Positions 21,371 to 30,105 of a stretch of DNA of 64,000 nt are shown here, piece after piece. Where the stretch lies: contig CAWEGX010000012.1 of NCBI GenBank assembly GCA_963808745.1, positions 86,720-150,719 of the forward strand, read 5' to 3'. Position 1 is the first letter of the stretch. Every line of letters starts with the position of its first letter. The notes under the pieces are model-generated. The model searched no databases, had not been told where the DNA came from, and was given only the letters and a program-made list of their open reading frames with translations. The position numbers and the translations under genes are program-made. The DNA comes from an uncultured Bacteroidales bacterium. GTDB lineage: Bacteria; Bacteroidota; Bacteroidia; Bacteroidales; UBA10428.

Positions 21371-22689
21371 AGGTCCTTTACCAATAAGTTCTTCGGTGAC
21401 TTGCGGAAATCATCGTAAAAGGATTCCACAATGGCTGAAATTTTCTCCTTTTCAGGAGTTTCATGATCATACGTTATCAGGTTCCCCAGTTTATCGGTTT
21501 CATCAAATACATAACTCACCGTAATAACAGAAGGATCTATAGCGGGCTGATAGGCTACCTCCCGGATTTCCTGGTCAACGGTTTCAATGATAATCTTAGA
21601 GCTCAGCAATATATATATAATATCCCTTACAATCCTTACCGGAATTGAAAGATTCAGGGCAATTTCAGCAGCATTCATGGCAGGACGGCCTTCCACAAAA
21701 TTCCGGACTATCTTTTTTGTAACCAGCAATGTAAGGATCTTTTTATCTTTCAGGCTTACATGAGCACCTTCTGCTTCCTGTTCATAATGAACGGCATTCT
21801 GATATGCATAGGAAATTTCCGCTCCCAGCAATACAATCAGCCAGCTGAGTTCAAGCCACATCATAAATAACGGAAGAGCGGCAAAAGTTCCATAAACGGC
21901 ACCATAACTTGAAAGCAATGACTGGAAATTAACATATCCCCATTGAAGGACCTGAAACATGGTGCCTGCAATAATTCCTGCAATCAACGCAGGTACAAAT
22001 TTTACCTTGGTATTGGGGATCACAATGTATATCAGGGTGAACACAAACCATATCAGGGTCAATGACATTACGGTAACCAGTAATTTCAGAAATGAATCCA
22101 GGTATCGCAAAAAGGGAATGCTATCGGATATGCTGGTCAGCCGTGATAAATTAAAGCTGCTGGCAATGATCAGTAATACCGGGGCAATGACAACCAGGGA
22201 AATATAATCGGTAAATTTGCGGGTGAACATTCTTGACTTCTTTATCCGCCAAATGTTATTGAATGAACTTTCAATATTGCCCAGCACTTGCATCACCGAC
22301 CAAAACAGAATAATAAATCCAATTCCTGCAATATATCCCTGGTTAATGCGGCCAAGGTACTTTTCCACAAAACCAAGCAGCATCTTGAGCATGTCCTCAT
22401 GTTCATGAAATTTCTCGATCAGAGTGGTTCTAAGGTATTCCTGAAAGCCAAAACCCTGGGCAATTCCAAACACAAGAGCCAGGATAGGAACGATTGACAG
22501 CATTGTATAAAATGATAATGCCGATGCCCTGAGTTGTATTTTGTCTTCGTAAAACCCCCTGACAGCAATGAACAGTATCCTGCCCTGTTTTACCAGGAAG
22601 CTGAATACCGGATGCTTATCCTTGATGGATATCTTCCAAATATCCTTTTCAAAAAAATTTATTACTTGTTGAATCCGATCTACTTTCAT
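21367..22689 (-). CDS. YihY/virulence factor BrkB family membrane protein with C-terminal HTH-like domain
   Basis: ASALSFYTMLSIVP, IESSFNNIW, YGAVYGTFAALPLFMMWLELSWLIVLLGAE. Confidence 0.9.
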   Translation of the reverse strand: MKVDRIQQVINFFEKDIWKISIKDKHPVFSFLVKQGRILFIAVRGFYEDKIQLRASALSFYTMLSIVPILALVFGIAQGFGFQEYLRTTLIEKFHEHEDMLKMLLGFVEKYLGRINQGYIAGIGFIILFWSVMQVLGNIESSFNNIWRIKKSRMFTRKFTDYISLVVIAPVLLIIASSFNLSRLTSISDSIPFLRYLDSFLKLLVTVMSLTLIWFVFTLIYIVIPNTKVKFVPALIAGIIAGTMFQVLQWGYVNFQSLLSSYGAVYGTFAALPLFMMWLELSWLIVLLGAEISYAYQNAVHYEQEAEGAHVSLKDKKILTLLVTKKIVRNFVEGRPAMNAAEIALNLSIPVRIVRDIIYILLSSKIIIETVDQEIREVAYQPAIDPSVITVSYVFDETDKLGNLITYDHETPEKEKISAIVESFYDDFRKSPKNLLVKDL

Positions 22690-22790
22690 ACTGGTCCTTA
22701 TTCGTCCTAAAGCAAGGGTAAATGCTTTTTATGGCGGTTAAAAGTACGATTTTTTATACTTTTACGGTTACATTATATATAAGGTTCTTT

Positions 22791-23165
22791 ATGTCCTTCC
22801 CAAATCTGCAAAATAAGACCGTACTGGTAGTTGAGGATGACGACATGAGTTTTCTCTATCTGAACCAGCTTTTCATGTTAACAAAGTGCAAATTGATTCA
22901 TGCCAGATCAGGATCAGAGGCATTGGAAAAATTTAACGTGGAACATCCTGATTTGATCCTCATGGATATCCAGTTACCGGATATGGAAGGAACAGAGGTT
23001 ACCCGCAAAATAAGGCAATCCGGCACTGAAATACCAATTATCGCCCAGACGGCCGGAAGGAGCACTGAAGAACAGGAAAAGGCGCTAAAAGCAGGATGCA
23101 CCAGTGTTCTTTTCAAACCGTTTACGATGGAAAAGTTGTTCGAGGAGATTCTCAGATATTCCTGA
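22791..23165 (+). CDS. Stand-alone response regulator receiver (CheY-like)
   Basis: LVVEDD, LILMDIQLPDMEG, PIIAQTA, FKP; likely start MSFP at 22791. Confidence 0.88.
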   Translation: MSFPNLQNKTVLVVEDDDMSFLYLNQLFMLTKCKLIHARSGSEALEKFNVEHPDLILMDIQLPDMEGTEVTRKIRQSGTEIPIIAQTAGRSTEEQEKALKAGCTSVLFKPFTMEKLFEEILRYS

Positions 23166-23204
23166 AAAAGAAACAATCTCCACGGTTTCCCGGGAGATTG
23201 TTTC
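23165..23204 (-). terminator. Rho-independent terminator (minus strand)
   Basis: Stem GAAACAATCTCC/GGAGATTGTTTC (12 bp) followed by T5 on the minus strand. Confidence 0.7.
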
Positions 23205-23209
23205 AATCA

Positions 23210-23288
23210 TAACCCTAATCTAACCAAATCATAAAAACTAACCTAAACCCTAATACTAACCTAATACTAACCTAAAACCTAAAACCTA
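23210..23288. repeat. Low-complexity CTAACC/CCTAA repeat tract (UUAGG-rich on minus strand)
   Basis: taaccctaatctaacc...ctaacctaaaccctaatactaacctaatactaacctaaaacctaaaacct. Confidence 0.75.
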
Positions 23289-23347
23289 TATTTTTAAAAT
23301 AAAACCAGTTATATTGTTAATAACCCTGTTCTTTTTCCACCGTCAGG

Positions 23348-23427
23348 CAATCCCTAAAGGGATTATTCTCGCTCACCTCTCTTTTCTACCTGCATTCAAT
23401 CCCTAAAGGGATTATTCTTGCTCACCT
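23348..23427. repeat. Two direct copies of a 31-bp unit containing hairpin AATCCCT-AA-AGGGATT
   Basis: CAATCCCTAAAGGGATTATTCTYGCTCACCT at 23348 and 23397. Confidence 0.85.
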
Positions 23428-23462
23428 GTCACCTCTCATCTCTCTTTTCTCGTCCCTAGTCC

Positions 23463-23960
23463 CTATTCCACTCCTGGCTTCATATATACCACATATGGTG
23501 TGGAAACAACCCGTGTGCAGATATTGCAATTCATGGCCGGCTTCTTTGTAACAATATTCCGGATCTTATACCATGCTGTATTTTTGGTTTTTTGAAAATA
23601 TCTAACCTGGATCACGTCTCTGTCGGACCATGGGTTTGATTTCAACTCATCTTTTCTTTCCTGTGAACTTTCAACAAGCAATACCGGCTCGGCTGAATTT
23701 GTATTGTTTTCAGATTTCTCAGCCATGTTTTTTTCAGGATTATCATCTGTTACTGAGGGAGCCTGGTAGCGTATATGGCTTTCGGTGTCTGCTGCAAGCT
23801 GGTCAAGATTTTTCCAGGCCTGTTCAACCATCGAAACCACTTCCTTATCATACCCGCCTTTTACAGCAGGCTGTGCGTAAATTGAAACAGACAAGGCCAT
23901 CAGGACAATAAAAAGGATGGCCCATTTTTTTGATTTCCTGATGTCAATTTGTGTTTTCAT
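23463..23960 (-). CDS. Hypothetical secreted protein
   Basis: 165-aa ORF with signal peptide ending SIYA-Q; no recognisable family. Confidence 0.6.
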   Translation of the reverse strand: MKTQIDIRKSKKWAILFIVLMALSVSIYAQPAVKGGYDKEVVSMVEQAWKNLDQLAADTESHIRYQAPSVTDDNPEKNMAEKSENNTNSAEPVLLVESSQERKDELKSNPWSDRDVIQVRYFQKTKNTAWYKIRNIVTKKPAMNCNICTRVVSTPYVVYMKPGVE

Positions 23961-24132
23961 TATAGCAGATATTGAATTGTGTCGGCTTTAATATCTACTT
24001 CTCATAAAATGTGCCACACATTATAAAATGCTGATATACAGCAAATTATTTAAAATTTGCCAGACTTACCAGGAACGTAAAGTGTTTGTTTTTGCGAATT
24101 TTATGTTCGTTTCCGAACAAAATCAGGAGAAA

Positions 24133-24627
24133 TTATTTTTGTGTCCTGGGTTTTGTGGTTTTCTTCTTTGCGGCGGGTGCCTTTTTCTCTGCTTTTTCAG
24201 TGGCCGGTTCTTCGGCAGTTTTTTCAGCAGCAGGCTCTTCTTCAAAACTGAGCATATTTAATGACAGCAAGGTATTATACCAGGTAACCAGTTTTTTTAT
24301 ATCGGAAACATATACCCTTTCATGATCGTATGTAGGCAATATCTTTTCCATGTATGCCTTTAACTCTTCAGGTGAAGATTTAGGATCGGGAGCAGGACCT
24401 CCATTTTCATGTTCGAAAATGCTTTTAAGGACTTGTTTAAGCGGAACTTCCTCTTCACTTGTGAAAATAGCAATATCTTCCAGGGAACTAACCTTGCTGG
24501 AAGCATTGACAAAACTCCTTTTCTTGTCGGAAAATGATTCTACAATTATACCATTCCTGCCTTGTGAAATATACCTGTAGAGCCCGCTTTGTCCGGATAC
24601 GGACATAATTTCCTTTAAATCCATCAT
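24133..24627 (-). CDS. DUF5606-family conserved Bacteroidota protein
   Basis: LKEIMSVSGQSGLY, VSSLEDIAIFT, LPTYDHERVYVSDIKKLVTWYN. Confidence 0.85.
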   Translation of the reverse strand: MMDLKEIMSVSGQSGLYRYISQGRNGIIVESFSDKKRSFVNASSKVSSLEDIAIFTSEEEVPLKQVLKSIFEHENGGPAPDPKSSPEELKAYMEKILPTYDHERVYVSDIKKLVTWYNTLLSLNMLSFEEEPAAEKTAEEPATEKAEKKAPAAKKKTTKPRTQK

Positions 24628-24715
24628 TTGTTAGTTAGATACAATATGGTGCAAAAATACAATTTCTTAATCATAATCAAATTATTGCCATGGTTTTGTT
24701 TTGATCGCCATGCGC

Positions 24716-25439
24716 TTAATTCATTTTTCTTTCCTTTTTAACGGCTTCATAGGCTTCGTTTATCTTTTGAAACTTTTCCTGGGCTTTTTTCCTGATGTCC
24801 TCGCCCAGGTATGCCACTTTATCCGGATGATTTTTCAGGGCAAGTTGCCTGTAGGCTTTTTTAATTTCTTCATTGCTTGCCCGGGAATCGATTTCCAGAA
24901 CCCTATATGCCCAATCAGCCGACTGAAAATACATACTTTTCACTGAAATGATATCAGCACCGCTTAACCCCAGATCATAAGCGATCTGTTCTATTACGGC
25001 CATTTCAGCATCGGAAATATCACCATCAGCCTGTCGCAATACCATATATCAGGTGAATCAGCTGCAGCCTGGATGGATAATCCATTCTTCCCTTAATCTG
25101 AAGTGTGACTTCTTTAAGCGGAATTTCCTGTTTGATTATATCGCGCAGTATGCGAAGCATTTCAAGAGCCTCATCTTCACCAAATGCCCTTACCAGGTAT
25201 TGTTTTACAAATACAAGTTCCGATTGCATGACCTTGCGGTCAGCTTTCATTACAGCGGCCATCAATACAAGCAAACTCATGACAAAATCCCCGGTAGTCG
25301 TGTCAATCCTTGTATTTTCGAACTTCTCAATATTTGATGCGTCCACCAATGAACCAAATGCAAAACCAACCAATGCACCTATTGGCCCACCGATTGTCCA
25401 TCCCAGTCCCGCACCGATCCATTTGCTAAATTTTCTCAT
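24716..25439 (-). CDS. DjlA-like co-chaperone (TerB + DnaJ domains); frameshift near 25034
   Basis: WIGAGLGWTIGGPIGALVG, AVMKAD, joins to ADGDISDAE; J-domain HPD motif. Confidence 0.87.
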
Positions 25440-25454
25440 TCCTGCATGATTAAA

Positions 25455-26039
25455 TTATCTCTTGCTGATTTCTGTATATATTGACAAAATAAGGGGTAAG
25501 ATCAGGGTCGTTTCATCATTTTTTATAACAAAGTGCGAACGTACAATTTTTTCTTCTTCCGGTAGCTGATTCTTCATTATTCCCAGGATTTTTTCCCTGG
25601 TCATCCCCGGCCTGCTTAGTACCCTCTGTATGCGGATCTCTTCGGGTGCTGTAACCAGAATGATATAATCAAACAATTTGAAAGTATTGCTTTCAAAAAG
25701 GATGGCACTTTCCTGTATTACAAAAGGAACGCTGGTGAAGGAGGAGCACCACCCGATAAAATTGCGCCTTACCCCTGGATGTACGATCCGGTTTACATCA
25801 GCAAGTAATTTGGGATCATCGAAAATCAAACCTGCCAGTTTTGGCCGGTTAAGTTTTCCACCTGCATAAATAGTGGCACCAAATACACCGGTCAGACCTT
25901 TTATGATCTCCGGGTCGCAATCCATCAGATTTTTAGCTGCTTCATCTGCAAAATAAACCGGAACACCCAAATGTGAAAAAACCTGGCAGATCAATGATTT
26001 TCCACTTCCAATACCGCCTGTAACTCCAACCTTGATCAT
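25455..26039 (-). CDS. coaE: Dephospho-CoA kinase
   Basis: VGVTGGIGSGKS, IVHP, ESAILFE, RIQRVLSR. Confidence 0.95.
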   Translation of the reverse strand: MIKVGVTGGIGSGKSLICQVFSHLGVPVYFADEAAKNLMDCDPEIIKGLTGVFGATIYAGGKLNRPKLAGLIFDDPKLLADVNRIVHPGVRRNFIGWCSSFTSVPFVIQESAILFESNTFKLFDYIILVTAPEEIRIQRVLSRPGMTREKILGIMKNQLPEEEKIVRSHFVIKNDETTLILPLILSIYTEISKR

Positions 26040-27088
26040 TTGCGGGTAATTAGAAATTCAATTTCATGTGGATTAATCCGTACATTGCTGATCACCCTGG
26101 GTGTGTCAGCTAAAAATACAGTTAGCCTGCCTGAATTCGTAAGATTAATATCCTTGTAGTTTATCCTCGGTAAAAGCGGATTATGCAAAATATGCGGATA
26201 ATTGCTGAGACAAATATGGTAGGTTACTTTTACCTGTCCCGGAATAGCTATCATCGTCAGGCTATCCGGCACATTGATACTCTGAACAGGGAGGTTGTTT
26301 TCAACCTCGGTAAATCTGTCCACGGGTATGGTAACTTTGACTTTCTGAACGGAATAAGTCAGCGATTTCACAGGCTTCAGTTTACAATCCATTGTAACCG
26401 TATCTGTGAGGTTTGTGAAGGAAATGAGTTCGGTATAAATGAAATGTATAGCATTTACAACATTATCAGGACCTGAAACAGTTATGCTGTCGGGCGATAC
26501 CCGTATCTCACCGTTCTGAATAAACTGTTTCTGATAAAAATGCTCATGCATTCCGAGTGTCGGCAAAACGGGTACTTTTCTGGTAACGACATCCGTCAGC
26601 TTGAAAAACAAGGTGTCAGGTGATATATTTAGGATCTTAACCTGGTCGAGTTCTTCTGAAAGCATATCCCTGATGTTTCCCGTAATGACAACATAGGTGT
26701 CCTTTCCGGAAGTGTTCACGGCATATGAATTCACATTAAACCGAAGCGGGATAATATTCAGATTGAGCCGGCATTTTAATATGCTGAACCCACTGGCCCG
26801 GACCCTGAGTACTAATTTTTGAGGAACGTCACCGATGAGAACCTTATTCTCAGGAAAGTCGGTGTATTTTACCGGATAGGTAACGTTGGATTCGTATTGC
26901 TGGCCCAGTGATCGCACGAACCAGAAACCGGTGGAAACAAGCACGAAAAAAAGGAAGGTGATCAGCTTATGGTGGAACGGAGAATTGACATCAGCAAGAA
27001 GCCTGTAATATTTTAAGATATAACCCGGCCCGTTTTTTCCTTTGTTATCGGTTCTACTCAATGAAACAGAGTTTAAAGTATATGGCAA
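26036..27088 (-). CDS. YbbR/CdaR-like membrane-anchored protein
   Basis: N-terminal TM (FLFFVLVSTGFW); ISPDTL, PDSITVSGP, VDRFTE; usual yajC-ybbR-coaE synteny. Confidence 0.8.
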   Translation of the reverse strand: MPYTLNSVSLSRTDNKGKNGPGYILKYYRLLADVNSPFHHKLITFLFFVLVSTGFWFVRSLGQQYESNVTYPVKYTDFPENKVLIGDVPQKLVLRVRASGFSILKCRLNLNIIPLRFNVNSYAVNTSGKDTYVVITGNIRDMLSEELDQVKILNISPDTLFFKLTDVVTRKVPVLPTLGMHEHFYQKQFIQNGEIRVSPDSITVSGPDNVVNAIHFIYTELISFTNLTDTVTMDCKLKPVKSLTYSVQKVKVTIPVDRFTEVENNLPVQSINVPDSLTMIAIPGQVKVTYHICLSNYPHILHNPLLPRINYKDINLTNSGRLTVFLADTPRVISNVRINPHEIEFLITRK

Positions 27089-27118
27089 ATATACCTTAAA
27101 CTCTGGTTATTCATGTAA

Positions 27119-27448
27119 TTACTGAGCTTGATTTTCAACGTCAGTTGTGTCACGGAGAACTGAATTTTTGTCCACTTTTAACAAAATGCTGTTTCCAACA
27201 TCAACTGTAATAAAATGGTCGGAAATATTATTGATCTTGCCATATATGCCACCGGCCGTTACAATACGGTCTCCTTTTTTCAGTGATTCCCTGAAAGTTT
27301 TTAATTCTTTTTGTCTTTTCATCTGCGGACGGATCAGGAAAAAGTAAAAAACAACCATGATCAGCAGCAGGGGAACAAGGGATGACCAGGGACTACCCTG
27401 TCCTTGTTGTGGCGTACCCATGAGAACGATACTTAATAAATTATTCAT
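27119..27448 (-). CDS. yajC: Preprotein translocase subunit YajC
   Basis: FYFFLIRPQMKRQK, LKKGDRIVTAGGIYG. Confidence 0.96.
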   Translation of the reverse strand: MNNLLSIVLMGTPQQGQGSPWSSLVPLLLIMVVFYFFLIRPQMKRQKELKTFRESLKKGDRIVTAGGIYGKINNISDHFITVDVGNSILLKVDKNSVLRDTTDVENQAQ

Positions 27449-27565
27449 TTTAAAATTATATTATATTAATAATCAGGAAATTCGCTTAAAATTTGTCCCT
27501 AAATATAAAACGCAAAGTAACAACAAATTTATTAACTGTGCAAGATTGGAAAGTATAGAGAAAGA

Positions 27566-28522
27566 TTACACCTCGTCTTCACCAATAAGTCCCCTGCCGG
27601 TTTTCACAATCCGGCGTTGCTCTTTCAGGTGCCTGAAAATCTTGTCGAGCAGTCCATTGATGAACACGCTGCTTTTTTCAGTACTGTAGAACTTGGCAAT
27701 TTCAAGGAATTCATTAATGGTTACGCGGGTAGGAATGGAAGGGAAAACAACTGCCTCGGTAATGGCTATTTCAATGATAAGAAAATCCATAAAGGCAACG
27801 CGTTCGATATCCCAGTTTTCAGTAAAGGATTCTACGAGTTCCCGGTATTCTTCCTTATGCATAATGGCATTGCGATACAGATCCCGTGCAAATTCACGGT
27901 CATCATCGTTCTTAAAAAGAGGCATAAGCTCTGCATTTTCACCATCTTTCTGCCTGAATACCTTTAGCGTTTTTGTGATCATGCTGATCACGAATTCAAC
28001 CTCGTCATTCCAGTAAATACTTTGCTCTTCAAGCGTCTGGTACAAATTTTCAAAATTGATGATCTCGCTGGAATAAATTTCGAGAATCACTTTCAGATCA
28101 CTTTCATAACTCCTTACAGGATTTTCCATGTATTCCTTAAAGAAAGGCGCCATCCGGATGCGGTTATGCAACTTTTTGATGAGATCGGGAGAATTGACCC
28201 AGGTAAGTTTTGTCTTGTTTAAATATTGGTTAAGCTGCCTGTTTGTGCGGATCTGCTGAATAATTAAATTATCCACAAATTTCGTATTCGGGTTCAGGTC
28301 TTCCCGTGTAGGGATCTTTTTCTGGAGGGCTATCTCAATCCTTGAGTTCGCATAATCGGCTACCTCAACGATGAGCAATAACAGGTAATGATAGAGGTCG
28401 TATGTTTTCTGAATGCTGAAGAATAATTCTTTTTCTGACTTATTCAATGAACTCTCGGCACTTTGAAAGTAAGCATACAGGAGCTGTAAAATCTTAATTC
28501 GTATTATCCTTCTGCTGATCAT
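27566..28522 (-). CDS. nusB: Transcription antitermination factor NusB (long Bacteroidota form)
   Basis: MISRRIIRIKILQLLYAY; WDIERVAFMD; INEFLEIAKFYSTEKSSVFINGLLD. Confidence 0.93.
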   Translation of the reverse strand: MISRRIIRIKILQLLYAYFQSAESSLNKSEKELFFSIQKTYDLYHYLLLLIVEVADYANSRIEIALQKKIPTREDLNPNTKFVDNLIIQQIRTNRQLNQYLNKTKLTWVNSPDLIKKLHNRIRMAPFFKEYMENPVRSYESDLKVILEIYSSEIINFENLYQTLEEQSIYWNDEVEFVISMITKTLKVFRQKDGENAELMPLFKNDDDREFARDLYRNAIMHKEEYRELVESFTENWDIERVAFMDFLIIEIAITEAVVFPSIPTRVTINEFLEIAKFYSTEKSSVFINGLLDKIFRHLKEQRRIVKTGRGLIGEDEV

Positions 28523-28741
28523 AATTGAAAGAACGTTCAGTATGAGTTTTTGAGATAGTCCCGGTTTAAGTGCTGCAAAGTAAATGTATTTTTTGAATAT
28601 TATCAATATTATCCAAGTATCTGTAATAACTTGTTTTTCGTCAAAAAAATGATAATACAGTCAATCAAATGAATGTTCGAAATAAAATTTTTTTATTTTT
28701 GAGATGCATTTAAACTCTACAACTACAAAATACCCTAATTT

Positions 28742-29146
28742 ATGATGGATGAAAGAACAGATAAAAACGATGCCTTTGAAGATTCCGAACACCGGGAAAT
28801 ATATTCAAAGGCAGTCAGAGCAGGAAAGAGGACATATTTTTTTGATGTAAAGGCTACCAAACGTAACGACTACTTCCTGACAATTACGGAAAGCAAGAAA
28901 CGTTTTCAGAAAGATGGTCGTTTCTTTTTTGAAAAGCATAAAATCTTTTTGTACAAAGAGGATTTTGAGAAATTTGCAGATGGGTTTACCGAAGTCATTG
29001 ACTACATTAAGAATGTGAAATCCACCGAACAGGGCGTGAATGAAGAAATGATTCACAAGGAATCTGAAGGAACAGAGGATTATACCAGTGTTGATTTTGA
29101 TGATCTTGAAAGTGTTGAAGTAGAGGATAAACAAAGAAAAGGTTAA
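28742..29146 (+). CDS. PUR-family (DUF3276) DNA/RNA-binding protein
   Basis: YSKAVRAGKRTYFFDVK, LTITESKK, KHKIFLYKEDF. Confidence 0.9.
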   Translation: MMDERTDKNDAFEDSEHREIYSKAVRAGKRTYFFDVKATKRNDYFLTITESKKRFQKDGRFFFEKHKIFLYKEDFEKFADGFTEVIDYIKNVKSTEQGVNEEMIHKESEGTEDYTSVDFDDLESVEVEDKQRKG

Positions 29147-29162
29147 CACGGTATTTTGACTG

Positions 29163-29198
29163 AAAACCCGGATAATTCTACCTTTATCCGGGTTTTTT
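29163..29198. terminator. Bidirectional rho-independent terminator
   Basis: AAAACCCGGATAA-N8-TTATCCGGGTTTT(TT) between convergent genes. Confidence 0.85.
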
Positions 29199-29224
29199 AT
29201 TATATACCGATTACTGATTACCGA

Positions 29225-29950
29225 TTACCCTACCTTTCTGGCCATCAGGTTTCGGATCTGCTTACCGGATAAAATTTTCACATTGGTGATCAGACATTCA
29301 TGATCAATGAAGTTTCCGTATAAATTACATTCTTCGATAACCTTGTCGAATAATTGTTGTATAGGGATATGCAAAGGAATTACAGACAGTATCCTGCATA
29401 ATTCCCTGTTAAAATGAATACTCTCCAGTTCAGCATGATTGTTTTTCAGGCTGAACTGCATCTCTGATTTGACGAGTTTCTTTTCATAATTCGAAAAAAC
29501 CCTTCCGGATACTGTTTGCAGAACTGTAAAATACCTGAGTTTCATACCTTTTCCGCCCAATCCGGTAGATATCAGTATCTGATTTTCATCCAGTAAACTA
29601 CTTTCAAGCAACATTTTATTTTCCTGAAAAGCCAGTACAGCCCATTCTTTTAATCCTTCATCAGGAAGGGTTATGTAATTCTCCAGGATTTGGTGCGATT
29701 CAACTGTGCCGATTTTTGCCAGCTCAACAAGGTATTTCTTTTTATAATCGATTGAATAACCAGGGCTGTTCAGCGTATCTTTCTTTTTCAGAATTTCATC
29801 CGGGTTGGAAATATCCATTTCCTGTTCAGCCAAATGATTGTATTCAAGTTGAATATCAGCGTCGATCTGGTGTTCAAGGACGGCTACGTTTCCGGTCATT
29901 GTTCCGAGAAATTCCTTGATTTTATCATATATGTTATCGTGGGTGCTCAC
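29225..29950 (-). CDS. Conserved hypothetical protein
   Basis: 241-aa ORF, GTG start; ISTGLGGKGMKLRYF segment. Confidence 0.7.
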   Translation of the reverse strand: MSTHDNIYDKIKEFLGTMTGNVAVLEHQIDADIQLEYNHLAEQEMDISNPDEILKKKDTLNSPGYSIDYKKKYLVELAKIGTVESHQILENYITLPDEGLKEWAVLAFQENKMLLESSLLDENQILISTGLGGKGMKLRYFTVLQTVSGRVFSNYEKKLVKSEMQFSLKNNHAELESIHFNRELCRILSVIPLHIPIQQLFDKVIEECNLYGNFIDHECLITNVKILSGKQIRNLMARKVG

Positions 29951-30105
29951 TTATAAATTTCATGATATTACTAAAGATAATAAAATTACGACAAATCAAA
30001 TGCCATTTTTGTTCAAAATCAGTAAAAAACGCATATAAAATTTCCCTATTTGTTGGTATTGCCGGGAGAGGAATTAATGGTTACCATTGTCATTATTCTT
30101 TTGGT

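Noticed and set aside
23210-23288. Telomeric repeat or eukaryotic contamination
   Set aside because: Irregular units, only two CCCTAA copies, embedded in continuous bacterial context
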